A stretch of 64,000 bases of DNA from the NCBI GenBank assembly GCA_013619125.1, contig JABXKS010000002.1, positions 11,511 to 75,510 of the forward strand, read 5' to 3'. The notes beneath the pieces are model-generated. The model saw nothing but the letters and a program-made list of their open reading frames with translations, had not been told where the DNA came from and did no database searches. This document shows positions 51,218 to 60,778 of the stretch, one piece after another; the first letter of the stretch is position 1, and every line of letters begins with the position of its first letter. The DNA comes from Clostridiales bacterium. Its GTDB lineage: Bacteria; Bacillota; Clostridia; Tissierellales; GPF-1. The position numbers were made by a program, and so were the translations under genes.

Positions 51218-52246
51218 ATGAATTATCTTGAGCGATTACTGGAACTCACCGAGCGATATCGCGCTTCTGACCTGCACATTACCTATGGGTCATCACCGAA
51301 AATTCGTGTCAATAAAGAACTCGTCTCTCTTTCAGAGGGAGTGATCGACGATGATCTACTCTTCGAGTTGTACAATGGTTTTGTATCCGATAAGCACAAA
51401 CGAACATATGAGGAGATGGGTGACTGCGATTTCGCCCATACCTCTCGATCTGGAACGCGATATCGAGTCAATGCCTTTCGACAAAAGGGAAAATATGCGT
51501 TTGCACTTCGGCGATTGAATGCCACGATCCCAACCTTGGAAGAGCTTTCTTTGCCTGCAACCCTTGCGGACTTATGCATGAAAGAACAAGGATTAATTAT
51601 TGTAACGGGACCGACAGGTAGCGGGAAATCGACTTCCTTGGCATCCATGATCGATATTATCAATCGTAAAAAACGGGGACATATTATCACGATTGAAGAC
51701 CCCATCGAATATCTACATCAGCATCGCAGTTGCATTGTCAATCAAAGAGAGTTAGGCGAGGATACAATCAGTTTTTCCAAGAGTTTGCGTGCTGCTCTTC
51801 GTGAAGATCCAGATGTTATCCTTGTGGGCGAGATGCGCGACTTGGAAACCATTACAACGGCCTTGGTTGCCGCTGAGACTGGTCACTTGGTTTTTTCGAC
51901 CTTACATACTATGGGATCGGCAAAGACGATTGACCGGATTGTGGACGTTTTTCCGCCGGATCAGCAGCAACAAATTCGCGTGCAATTGGCTAACGTTTTG
52001 ATCTCCGTTGTTTCTCAAAGACTGCTGCCCAATGCACAGCACAATGGTTTAGTGCCCGCATTGGAAATCATGATTGCAAACAATGCGATCCGAAACCTGA
52101 TTCGAGAAGGCAAAACACATCAAATCAATAATATGATTCAGACCAACGCAGGATTGGGGATGAGAACTTTTAACCAGTACTTGACTCAAATGAATCAAAG
52201 CGGAAAGATTGATCGAGAAACTTTTGAACGGTTCTTTATGGATTAA
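51218..52246 (+). CDS. pilT: type IV pilus retraction ATPase PilT
   Basis: RYRVNAF.Q, GPTGSGKSTSLA, EDPIEY, ALREDPDVILVGEMRD, TGHLVFSTLHT, PilT helix AIRNLIRE. Confidence 0.97.
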   Translation: MNYLERLLELTERYRASDLHITYGSSPKIRVNKELVSLSEGVIDDDLLFELYNGFVSDKHKRTYEEMGDCDFAHTSRSGTRYRVNAFRQKGKYAFALRRLNATIPTLEELSLPATLADLCMKEQGLIIVTGPTGSGKSTSLASMIDIINRKKRGHIITIEDPIEYLHQHRSCIVNQRELGEDTISFSKSLRAALREDPDVILVGEMRDLETITTALVAAETGHLVFSTLHTMGSAKTIDRIVDVFPPDQQQQIRVQLANVLISVVSQRLLPNAQHNGLVPALEIMIANNAIRNLIREGKTHQINNMIQTNAGLGMRTFNQYLTQMNQSGKIDRETFERFFMD

Positions 52247-52264
52247 TGGGAAAAGGGTGAGCTT

Positions 52265-53470
52265 ATGGCGAATTTCAAGTATAGCGCGTTACAAAACGGA
52301 AATGTAATAGAGGGCGTCCTATCGGCAGATAGTCATGAAGCTGCAGTTTTGCAATTGGAAAAGCAGAAGCTCATGCCGCTAGAGATCAAGCAGAGCCGGG
52401 GGTCAAGAGAAATCAATTTTTCTTTCGGCGCTAGGAAAATGAAAAAGCGCGATTTGGCGGTATTTAGTCGCCAAGTAAGCACGATGTTTCGTGCGGGCTT
52501 GCCGATGCTTGATACCTTGGAAATCTATGCGCGTCAAACCAAGAACAAATCATTTTCAGCAGCCCTAAGAAAGATTGGGGATGATGTGCAAAAGGGATTT
52601 TATCTATCGAAAGCGATGGGAAAATATCCTCATTACTTTGATGCGTTTTATACGAATATGATCTCGGCCGGTGAGCAGAGCGGGCAATTGGATCTTATCT
52701 TCGAACGCCTTGCCATTCAATATGAAAAAGAAACAGATTTAAACCGAAAGCTTTCCAATGCAACACGATATCCTTTGATCGTTGTTGCGGTTGCGGTTAG
52801 TGTTGTAACATTTATTCTAACCTTTGTGATGCCGACTTTTGTTGAAATTTTTTCACAGAACGATGCAGAGTTGCCGGGTTTGACGGCGGTGGTTGTCGCA
52901 TTGGGCGATTTTTTAAAGAATTACTGGTATTTCCTTTTGGGGGGATTGGTGATCCTGTTCATTGCGGGGCGCGCCTTTCAACAGACCAAGCGGGGACGAT
53001 ATATCATAGATCGCTTCAAGACGCAAATCCCTGGCTATAAGCATGTTTATATTGGTTCAAAGACGGCACTTTTTACCCGAACCCTTTCCACACTCCTAGC
53101 CAGCGGATTGGATATCGTGGAAGCATTGGGCCAATCGGCATCGGTCTTAAAAAACATTGTTTTTCAAGAACAACTGATGCAGGTTCAAGAAGATATCAAG
53201 CGCGGTCATCGTTTATCAGCTAAATTGGGCGCAATCTCCCAATTCCCTGAAATGCTATCCTTGATGGTCCGAATCGGGGAAGAATCAGGCGCTTTGGATA
53301 CGATTCTTGATGATACGGCGGTGTATTTTGAAGAAGAAGTTGATTTCGCCTTAAAGAAATTCACACAAATGTTAGAGCCAGCAATGCTTATTCTGGTTGC
53401 AGGCTTGGTCGGAACCATTGTAATTGCGATGTTGCTTCCGATGTTTGGGATGTTTGAACAAATCATGTAG
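52265..53470 (+). CDS. pilC: type IV pilus platform protein PilC (T2SS-F family)
   Basis: FSRQVSTM..AG, AGEQSGQLD, YP..V, IGEESGALD, LEP..LILVA..VG.IV.AMLLPMF. Confidence 0.95.
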   Translation: MANFKYSALQNGNVIEGVLSADSHEAAVLQLEKQKLMPLEIKQSRGSREINFSFGARKMKKRDLAVFSRQVSTMFRAGLPMLDTLEIYARQTKNKSFSAALRKIGDDVQKGFYLSKAMGKYPHYFDAFYTNMISAGEQSGQLDLIFERLAIQYEKETDLNRKLSNATRYPLIVVAVAVSVVTFILTFVMPTFVEIFSQNDAELPGLTAVVVALGDFLKNYWYFLLGGLVILFIAGRAFQQTKRGRYIIDRFKTQIPGYKHVYIGSKTALFTRTLSTLLASGLDIVEALGQSASVLKNIVFQEQLMQVQEDIKRGHRLSAKLGAISQFPEMLSLMVRIGEESGALDTILDDTAVYFEEEVDFALKKFTQMLEPAMLILVAGLVGTIVIAMLLPMFGMFEQIM

Positions 53471-53482
53471 AAGGAGTGACAG

Positions 53483-54235
53483 ATGACGATATTGACAGGA
53501 GTATTGGGATTGATTTGGGGATCCTTTCTGAACGTTGTGGCATATCGAGTGCCCCGAGGAGAGAGTTTGATTTTTCCGCCTTCTCATTGCCCGAATTGTG
53601 ATCATCGATTGGGATCCTTGGACTTGGTACCGGTCTTGAGTTTTTTGATGATGAAGGGGAGATGTCGGTATTGCGGGGAGAAAATTTCTTGGCAGTATCC
53701 CTTGATCGAAATGATTACAGGAGTTGGTTTCGCTGTAATTTGGCTTTATATGGCGCCAAGCAGCGGCGCTGAAATCGCTTTGGTAGCCTTAAATTGGCTA
53801 CTTTATTCATTATTAATTGTGATTTTCTTGGTGGATTACAAGGAGATGATTATCCCGGATGAATTTAATCTTGGAATTGGGTTCCTTGCGATCATCAAGA
53901 TGATAATAAGTCAGAGCTACAGAACGGAATTACTAGGGTTTGTTGTATGCGGAGCGTTCATATTGTTGATTGTAGTGTTAACAAATGGAATGGGTATGGG
54001 AGATGCAAAGATGTTTGCTGTGTTGGGCCTTTGGTTTGGTTTTAAAAATGGGTTGTTTGTATTGCTGTTTTCGATCGTTATTGGAGCAGTTTTGTCAGTC
54101 TTTTTATTGGCAACAAAGGTGAAAACAAGAAAAGACAGAATCCCATTTGGTCCTTTTATATCGATGGCTGCGATTTTCGGCATTTTTTTTGCGGATCCAA
54201 TAATGAATTGGTATTTTCAATGGTTTAATCTATAA
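53483..54235 (+). CDS. pilD: prepilin peptidase / N-methyltransferase PilD
   Basis: GSFLNVV.YR.P, SHCPNC, GRCRYC..IS.QYP..E, catalytic aspartates in VDYK and GMGDAK, IPFGPFI. Confidence 0.96.
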   Translation: MTILTGVLGLIWGSFLNVVAYRVPRGESLIFPPSHCPNCDHRLGSLDLVPVLSFLMMKGRCRYCGEKISWQYPLIEMITGVGFAVIWLYMAPSSGAEIALVALNWLLYSLLIVIFLVDYKEMIIPDEFNLGIGFLAIIKMIISQSYRTELLGFVVCGAFILLIVVLTNGMGMGDAKMFAVLGLWFGFKNGLFVLLFSIVIGAVLSVFLLATKVKTRKDRIPFGPFISMAAIFGIFFADPIMNWYFQWFNL

Positions 54236-54243
54236 AAGAGAGG

Positions 54244-55248
54244 GTGAAGGAAGTGGCGAACAAGAATAAGGATTGGATTGGCATCGAACTTGGTTCAAAC
54301 TATTTTCGGGTTATTGACTATCGATCAACTTTCGACCATGTTGCTATAAAAGATAATTTGGTTGAAAATATTCAATGTAATTTTTTGATCCGTGGCGTGA
54401 AGAGTTATGGATTTGATGAAGATGTGATCGACAAGTCGCATATTTTAAATCCAGAGAAGCTTTTAGAAGAACTATCGAAGGCAATTAAAGAATTGAAACC
54501 AAAATCTAAGCGATTGGCACTTTCTTTAGAGAATAGTCTTGTTTTGACACGGGATGTTCAAATTCCCCAGGTTGAGAAGAAATTATTGGATTCTGTTGTT
54601 GCTTATGAAATTAAGGAATCTCTTTTAATCGATACGGTTGATTATCATATCCAGTATAAGTTGATTGATCAGATTGAGGAAGAAACGAAGAAATATATCA
54701 TGTCGACGGTGATTCTTTCGAAAGCCTTGTATCAAGATATTTGGACACTTGTGGGTGAACTTGGGTTGAAACCTTCACGATTGGATATCAATTCCAATGC
54801 ATTGACGAAGCAGATTATGGCCGTACAATCTTTTAATAATATACCGGTTCAACATGATCAAACTTTTGCGATATTTGACATTGATTTCGATCGAATTAAT
54901 CTTTATTTTATCAGTGAAGGGAATGTAGATTTGAATCGAAAAATCCTCTTAGATGTAGAAGACGAACGACCGTTGGCGGATCGAATCTATCAGCAATTTG
55001 ATACGATACAGAACACCTTTCGGTTTTATTTAACGCATAAGAAGAACAAAAGCATATCGAATATATTGCTGATGGGTCAAGCGACACAAGAGGAAAATTT
55101 GGATGAATTATTTGAAGAGAGCCTTTTGGTTCCCACCAAGACAATTCGCTCCATTTCCAATGTGACCAATCAAACCGATGCCAATCTTTTTCTCCCGATG
55201 ATCGGAGCCGCAATTGAGGTTCAACATGGTCATCGGCCTGGGAGGTGA
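54244..55248 (+). CDS. pilM: PilM-like actin-fold pilus alignment protein
   Basis: IGIELGS N-terminus, VLTRDVQIP, LGLKPSRLDI..NAL, AIFDID, ILLMG; position before pilN/pilO. Confidence 0.78.
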   Translation: MKEVANKNKDWIGIELGSNYFRVIDYRSTFDHVAIKDNLVENIQCNFLIRGVKSYGFDEDVIDKSHILNPEKLLEELSKAIKELKPKSKRLALSLENSLVLTRDVQIPQVEKKLLDSVVAYEIKESLLIDTVDYHIQYKLIDQIEEETKKYIMSTVILSKALYQDIWTLVGELGLKPSRLDINSNALTKQIMAVQSFNNIPVQHDQTFAIFDIDFDRINLYFISEGNVDLNRKILLDVEDERPLADRIYQQFDTIQNTFRFYLTHKKNKSISNILLMGQATQEENLDELFEESLLVPTKTIRSISNVTNQTDANLFLPMIGAAIEVQHGHRPGR

Positions 55249-55252
55249 GTTC

Positions 55253-55807
55253 ATGTATGATATTAACTTTTTCTCGATTAACTTAAAAAAACATCGAAGA
55301 AGCAGCCAGAGAAAATGGTTCCTTATGACCTTGTATGGTGTTACGATTTTCGCGATGATTATGTTGTATGTCTTGGTTCGTACAAATATCAAGAATACAA
55401 ACGAGGAAATCATTCAACTGGATCGCATGATAGAAACGGCACAGGCGATGCAAATTGATTTCTTAAGTGAAACTGATATTGCCAATGCAAGTGCATTGAA
55501 TACAAGCATCTTGGATGTCTCAACAAGACTGGATGGATATTATTTGATTAATGCGAATGTATTGAAAAATACTCGTCAATTGATGGGCGATGGAATTCAA
55601 TTAGATGAATTGCGATTGAATGGCAAAAATGTTTATATGCAAGCGAGAACGACGGATGAAACGGAATTGTTTATTTTTCAGAACAATCTCGATGCCAGTG
55701 ATTTTTTTGAAATGGTTCAGGTTGATAATATAGCGCGAACGGATCTTGGCGAGTATGTTGCAAATATTAATTGCGAACTAGAGGGCGATGCCGATGAAAC
55801 TGAATGA
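55253..55807 (+). CDS. pilN: PilN-like pilus alignment protein
   Basis: MYDINFF (PilN xINLL-type PilM-binding peptide), TM helix, coiled coil, LF.FQNNLDASDFF; RBS GGAGG. Confidence 0.78.
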   Translation: MYDINFFSINLKKHRRSSQRKWFLMTLYGVTIFAMIMLYVLVRTNIKNTNEEIIQLDRMIETAQAMQIDFLSETDIANASALNTSILDVSTRLDGYYLINANVLKNTRQLMGDGIQLDELRLNGKNVYMQARTTDETELFIFQNNLDASDFFEMVQVDNIARTDLGEYVANINCELEGDADETE

Positions 55808-56438
55808 TATTTTCAAGAAAAAACAAAATGATAATGGTGGAACTGAGAATCAAGAACACAAGAAGCGCGCGCCTCTTACTCAGCAGTCCAAGAATCTGTT
55901 GCAGTATCTGCCTCTTGTCTTAATTTTACTGCTCTTTGTCTTGCTGTACATGCCAAAAAACACAGAATTAAAGGAATTGCGGTTGGTGAAGAATACCTCG
56001 CAAGAAACCTTGGATCAAATCAATCAGCGAATTGCTGAACAAGGCGTTTTGGAAGAACAGTTTTACGCGCAAGTGGATCAAATTGAATTCAATTCGGACC
56101 AATGGTATATTCAACCGAGTCAGACGTTAATTGTACGGGATGTCAACAATGCATTCAGTGCAGTTGATCTTGAATACGACTATATCAATTTTACGGATTT
56201 GGTTAAAAATGAGACAACGAATCCAAGTTTGTCGATTGGTAAAATTAAATTTTACACAGAGCTGACCTGTAACTACGATGAATTAGTCAACTTAGTAGAA
56301 TCCTTGCATCTGAATTTGAAGTCTGTGAATATCAATGTCATTGATTTGGAAAAACCAGATGACGATCTGGATGGAGCAAGTTTTACAGTGAATCTTGAGA
56401 CGACCTTGTATGTGCTGTTGAACGAAACAGACGTTTAG
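55788..56438 (+). CDS. pilO: PilO-like pilus alignment protein
   Basis: TM helix, coiled coil, C-terminal YDELVNLVESL..N.K..NI..I.L / L..TLY pattern; follows pilN. Confidence 0.65.
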   Translation: MPMKLNDIFKKKQNDNGGTENQEHKKRAPLTQQSKNLLQYLPLVLILLLFVLLYMPKNTELKELRLVKNTSQETLDQINQRIAEQGVLEEQFYAQVDQIEFNSDQWYIQPSQTLIVRDVNNAFSAVDLEYDYINFTDLVKNETTNPSLSIGKIKFYTELTCNYDELVNLVESLHLNLKSVNINVIDLEKPDDDLDGASFTVNLETTLYVLLNETDV

Positions 56439-56449
56439 GAGATGAGTTT

Positions 56450-56911
56450 ATGTCAAAGCGATCAGGCTTTACACTAATTGAAGTTTTGCTAGCCTTGGGC
56501 TTGTTATCGATTGTTATTGTCTCTACATTCTCCTATCTGTATTCGGTAAAACGAGCGGAGGAGATTGACAAGACGGTCACCGACTTAAATATTATTGTGC
56601 AGAATCAGATGGAATTGGTGATGGCGGCGGAGTCTGTTACAGAGATGTATTCCGTTATGACGGCGAATTATGTCTACACTGAGGCTGGCAGCAATCCAAA
56701 TCCTGTGAATGGAACCTACTTAAAATGGCTGGAAGATCCAACATTTTTGCCAGTGGGAGCGGATTACGAATATGCGATCGGTGCTTTTCGTTTAGCAGAG
56801 AGTAACAACAGCCATAAAGTCCTCTATCAAGTTGCGGTCATTGCCAAAAGTAAAGAAGATACAAGTCGAAGCGTGATTTTGATGACAATCAAAAGCTTGG
56901 AGGAATTGTGA
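56450..56911 (+). CDS. minor pilin (PilV-like) with class III signal peptide
   Basis: MSKRSG|FTLIEVLLALGLL; C-terminal YQVAVIA strand. Confidence 0.82.
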   Translation: MSKRSGFTLIEVLLALGLLSIVIVSTFSYLYSVKRAEEIDKTVTDLNIIVQNQMELVMAAESVTEMYSVMTANYVYTEAGSNPNPVNGTYLKWLEDPTFLPVGADYEYAIGAFRLAESNNSHKVLYQVAVIAKSKEDTSRSVILMTIKSLEEL

Positions 56912-57474
56912 TGAAAAAAAATCGAAAGAACGAAGAAGGTGCTGTTCTTCTTTTGTTGATTATCATGATGAGTGCGATTGTATTGATTGTGGCGTCTCTT
57001 CTACGCTTCAATACGCAAAATATAAAATTTGCCGCGATTGAAGCTGAAAACGAGCAGGCACTATATCTTGCTGAAGGGGTTGCTGATTCTATTGATTTTT
57101 ATCTCTTAGAGGGACTTGCGAATGATGAGGCGATAGAACCCGATGAGGTTGGTCAGTTGATGGGTGATTACACGGATTCATCGCATGACGATTATCAGTA
57201 TGGCGTGACTGGGATTGTATTTCCGACTGAAACCGTAATTGGAGAAACAGATTTATCCGGCGTGACGATTGAGATCGTTAGAATTAATGATGATGGTACC
57301 GATGCAGGTAGTTTACAGCCGGACGAGAATCGTATGCGATTAAAGATTACGGTGAGTGGAGGGAATTCTTCTCGATCAATCGCGGTAACCTATCAATTTC
57401 CGACAGCAAAACCTGATGAGGGATACGATGATTTCATTATATCGAAGGAAATGAACTACTCAAATTCACTATAA
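56908..57474 (+). CDS. PilX/GspK-like minor pilin (no Glu5)
   Basis: KNEEG|AVLLLLIIMM...EQALYLAEGV, the PilX N-terminal pattern. Confidence 0.78.
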   Translation: MMKKNRKNEEGAVLLLLIIMMSAIVLIVASLLRFNTQNIKFAAIEAENEQALYLAEGVADSIDFYLLEGLANDEAIEPDEVGQLMGDYTDSSHDDYQYGVTGIVFPTETVIGETDLSGVTIEIVRINDDGTDAGSLQPDENRMRLKITVSGGNSSRSIAVTYQFPTAKPDEGYDDFIISKEMNYSNSL

Positions 57475-58100
57475 TGGGGATGAAGAGAATGAAAAGAAAT
57501 GATGGCTTTACCTTAATTGAATTGCTGGTAACCCTCGTCATTGTTGGGGTGATTATGACCTTTATTATCTCCATGATGTCTTCTCAGTATGCCATCATTC
57601 GTGATGTGAATGCTTATTTAGTGATGAGTTCAGAAAACAAGGATGTGAATGATCGAATTATTCAGGAGTTTGTGGCTGCAGAAGATGTTCTTGTCGATCT
57701 CAATGATACAGATGGATACAAGTCGATCCTTCAAAATTCGGGAACTTCCGATTATTTTGTTTCCAGTGGAGTTCTGATGGAAAACATTAGATTGAGTTAT
57801 ACAAAACCTGACGATAGCACAACGAAAATACTGGTAACCTTCGGTCGCGATGCGACGGAAACCAATGAATTGGTTATGAAGCGGTATGAAGATTCTGTTA
57901 TTGAGGCTAACTTAATAGACACGATCCCACTTGGTGAGTATCTTGCAACAACCATAGATCCGCGAGTCACATTTTATCGGAGATTGTCCCAGGATCGCCG
58001 CGTGGTGAGTCTGGTAAAAGTAAAGATCACGTACTTACATGATGGCATTACAAAACAATATGATCTTTTTTATCACTTGAGGAATTTACAATCCAATTAG
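57474..58100 (+). CDS. minor pilin (PilW-like)
   Basis: KRNDG|FTLIELLVTLVIVG. Confidence 0.82.
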   Translation: MGMKRMKRNDGFTLIELLVTLVIVGVIMTFIISMMSSQYAIIRDVNAYLVMSSENKDVNDRIIQEFVAAEDVLVDLNDTDGYKSILQNSGTSDYFVSSGVLMENIRLSYTKPDDSTTKILVTFGRDATETNELVMKRYEDSVIEANLIDTIPLGEYLATTIDPRVTFYRRLSQDRRVVSLVKVKITYLHDGITKQYDLFYHLRNLQSN

Positions 58101-58126
58101 AAGGATAAGGAAGTGGAAAAAGGAAA

Positions 58127-58654
58127 ATGAAAGCAAAGGTTCAAAAGAGTGGATTTACCCTGATCGAACTGTTGGTTACGCTAGCGGTTGTCGGGGTTTT
58201 TCTTGTGATTTTGGTTCAAATCATTGTGGTGGAAAATCGAATTTCAAGCGGCATTGCAGAGCGGATCTGTATTGAAGATGAGGAACGTTATCTATCAGAG
58301 TTCTTCTTTGAAACCCTTTACTCCGTTGAAAGGGTAGAAGTCCGTTCAGAAGAAGCACGCATGCTAATTTCCGCCATCGATTTTACGTATGAAGAAAACA
58401 ATTGTCCGATTCTTGGCATCACAGGATGGAAGACGATTCGATTTGTCCAAGAGGGGAGCCAATTGCAACTCTGGGATGTGACGGATGGATACGTACACGT
58501 GAAAAAGCCTCTGGCCAATCATGTCGTGGATGCCCAGTGCAGTTGGATTGAGAGAGAGGGGCAAAAACCTTTACTCCATCTTTTTTTGTTTTTCGAAGAG
58601 GGTCGGTTGAAAAAGTCCTATGATTTCTACTTTGCCATGAGGAATCTGGGATGA
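58127..58654 (+). CDS. minor pilin (second PilW/ComGF-like)
   Basis: KVQKSG|FTLIELLVTLAVVG. Confidence 0.8.
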   Translation: MKAKVQKSGFTLIELLVTLAVVGVFLVILVQIIVVENRISSGIAERICIEDEERYLSEFFFETLYSVERVEVRSEEARMLISAIDFTYEENNCPILGITGWKTIRFVQEGSQLQLWDVTDGYVHVKKPLANHVVDAQCSWIEREGQKPLLHLFLFFEEGRLKKSYDFYFAMRNLG

Positions 58655-59130
58655 GGCGACGAGGATTCACACTTTTGGAATTGCTGATTGCTTTAGCGAT
58701 AATGGGAATCATTCTATCTTTGGCTATCCCAAGATTGCCTATGAACACTTTGAGATATGATTCGTTTGTTCAAGGTTTCTATTATGAAATGGTTAATCTG
58801 CGGGAGTATACCTACCGCACTGAATCCCTGTATCGCATGGAGTTTTACGATCATGATATTGTGGATGGTTCAGGGGGATACAGGATCGTCTTGATTGAAA
58901 GATTAGATTGCCGAGAGAAATATCCCGACTGGGAAATCATAAAGAAAGTGGATCTTCCAGAGCATCTGTTGATTCAGTCGAATATGGGCTCGAGAATACG
59001 TTATGATCCGAATTTGACATTGGAGAAGCCGGGTACCTTAACCTTTTTTGACGAAAAAAAGGCATATCGCCGTAAAATCACGGTTGACGTATGGACAAAT
59101 CGCATATATCTTTATAAGAAAGAGGGATAA
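58651..59130 (+). CDS. minor pilin (FimT/FimU/GspH/ComGD-like)
   Basis: MRRRG|FTLLELLIALAIMGIILSLAIP; C-terminal GTLTF..KK...RRKITV..WT.RI pattern typical of FimT/GspH. Confidence 0.8.
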   Translation: MRRRGFTLLELLIALAIMGIILSLAIPRLPMNTLRYDSFVQGFYYEMVNLREYTYRTESLYRMEFYDHDIVDGSGGYRIVLIERLDCREKYPDWEIIKKVDLPEHLLIQSNMGSRIRYDPNLTLEKPGTLTFFDEKKAYRRKITVDVWTNRIYLYKKEG

Positions 59131-59141
59131 GGGGAGGCAGA

Positions 59142-59666
59142 ATGAAATCAAATATCATCTTGGTCGGTTTCATGGGAACGGGAAAAACCACCAACGGAAG
59201 ACGAGTTGCAAAACAAATTGGCTATGAATTTGTTGATACGGACCTTCTGATCGAGAAACGTGAACAGCGGACCATTCCTCAAATCTTTGATCAAAATGGC
59301 GAGAAGCATTTTCGGAATTTGGAACATAATACCATTCAACGGGTGCATCGGTATAAAAAAGCGGTGATCTCAACGGGCGGCGGAACCATATTGAATCCAA
59401 AAAATATTGAATTGTTGAAAAAACATGGCGTTGTTTTTCTTTTGGAAAACACACCAGAAAATTTGATTTATCGACTGGAAAACGCCTATATTAAGCGTCC
59501 ATTATTGATGCGGGAGAATTGGAAATCGATCGTAAGCAACATGATTGAGCAGCGGCGGCCCTTGTATGAAGGAGCTGCGGATTATCGAATTTATGTGGGT
59601 CAAAAAGCACACGAGGAAGTTGTAGAGGAAATCTTGTATTATTGGGAGTTGGAACGGCGGAAATAG
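59142..59666 (+). CDS. aroK: shikimate kinase
   Basis: IILVGFMGTGKTT, FVDTD..IE, IF..NGE.HFR.LE, VISTGGG, RPLL, RRPLYE. Confidence 0.95.
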   Translation: MKSNIILVGFMGTGKTTNGRRVAKQIGYEFVDTDLLIEKREQRTIPQIFDQNGEKHFRNLEHNTIQRVHRYKKAVISTGGGTILNPKNIELLKKHGVVFLLENTPENLIYRLENAYIKRPLLMRENWKSIVSNMIEQRRPLYEGAADYRIYVGQKAHEEVVEEILYYWELERRK

Positions 59667-59667
59667 C

Positions 59668-59697
59668 TTGTTTCCAGACCTATATCTATGGTAGAAT
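59668..59697 (+). promoter_or_regulatory. sigma-A promoter of efp
   Basis: TTGTTT-18 nt-TAGAAT with extended -10 TG. Confidence 0.6.
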
Positions 59698-59732
59698 AAG
59701 CATTGATGATTCAAGAATTTAGGAGGGAAATT

Positions 59733-60290
59733 ATGATTTCTGCTAGTGATTTTAAAAAAGGATTAACATTTTTACGAAATAATGATATTTACGTGATCGT
59801 GGATTTTCTTCATGTAAAGCCTGGAAAAGGTGCTGCCTTTGTTCGAACAACGATTAAAAATTTGAAGACTGGATCCATTCGAGAGGAAACTTTCAATCCA
59901 ACTGAAAAATTTGAAAAGGCAATGATTGAAACAAAAGATATGCAATATCTATATAACGATGGAGAATTGTATTATTTCATGGACACAACTTCATTTGAGC
60001 AAATTCCATTGAACTATGAGCAGGTGGAGGAAGCGATCAAATTCATTAAGGAAAATGATACAGCGACGATGAAATTCCATGATGGACGACCATTCCAGGT
60101 TGAACCGCCAAATTTTGTTGAGTTGGAAGTGACAGAAGCGGATCCGGGAGTAAAGGGAAATACGGCAACTGGTGCGACCAAACCGGCAACATGCGAAACT
60201 GGTGCAATTGTTCAAGTGCCACTCTTTGTCAATGTTGGTGATATGATTAAAGTGGATACAAGAACTGGTGAATATTTGAACAGAGTTTAA
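59733..60290 (+). CDS. efp: elongation factor P
   Basis: [43 protein letters not shown]...[13 protein letters not shown]. Confidence 0.99.
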   Translation: MISASDFKKGLTFLRNNDIYVIVDFLHVKPGKGAAFVRTTIKNLKTGSIREETFNPTEKFEKAMIETKDMQYLYNDGELYYFMDTTSFEQIPLNYEQVEEAIKFIKENDTATMKFHDGRPFQVEPPNFVELEVTEADPGVKGNTATGATKPATCETGAIVQVPLFVNVGDMIKVDTRTGEYLNRV

Positions 60291-60337
60291 ACGAATGCCA
60301 ATATCATGAGGTTTTCATGTATTTTTTATGAGGCATT

Positions 60338-60346
60338 TGATATAAT
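60338..60346 (+). promoter_or_regulatory. extended -10 promoter of asp23
   Basis: TGaTATAAT 31 nt before the ATG. Confidence 0.55.
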
Positions 60347-60377
60347 AGTCCCATAACAAAGAGTTGGAGGGCTAACT

Positions 60378-60728
60378 ATGACGATTGAACAAGTAGATCA
60401 AAATATAGGTGAAGTTAAAATCGTGGATAATGTCATCAGCATTATTGCTGGGATCGCTGCCAATGAAGTGGAAGGCGTGGTCGGGATGTATTCCGATTGG
60501 ACGAAACGAATTTTCGGAAACAAATTGGAACAAGGGGTAGAGGTGAAGATTGAAGGCGATTCAGTATTTATCGAAACTTATGTTGTTGTGGAATCCGAAA
60601 AGAAGATTCAAGGAATCGCGATGAAATTACAAGAACATATCAAAGAGATTGTTGAAACCATGACTGATTTGCGGGTTGCAGAAGTCGTTGTTCATGTATG
60701 TGATGTTGCGATTGAAACCAAAGAGTAA
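60378..60728 (+). CDS. Asp23/Gls24 family envelope stress protein
   Basis: GEVKI.DNVI.IIAGIAA.EVEGV, GVEV, LQE.IKE.VETMTDL.V.EV.VHV. Confidence 0.93.
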   Translation: MTIEQVDQNIGEVKIVDNVISIIAGIAANEVEGVVGMYSDWTKRIFGNKLEQGVEVKIEGDSVFIETYVVVESEKKIQGIAMKLQEHIKEIVETMTDLRVAEVVVHVCDVAIETKE

Positions 60729-60732
60729 CGTG

Positions 60733-60763
60733 AAACCCTCTGAGGAATCAGAGGGTTTGTTTT
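60733..60763 (+). terminator. stem-loop/terminator between asp23 and nusB
   Basis: AAACCCTCTGA-ggaa-TCAGAGGGTTT followed by GTTTT. Confidence 0.78.
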
Positions 60764-60778
60764 GTGGAGGAGAAGGTT

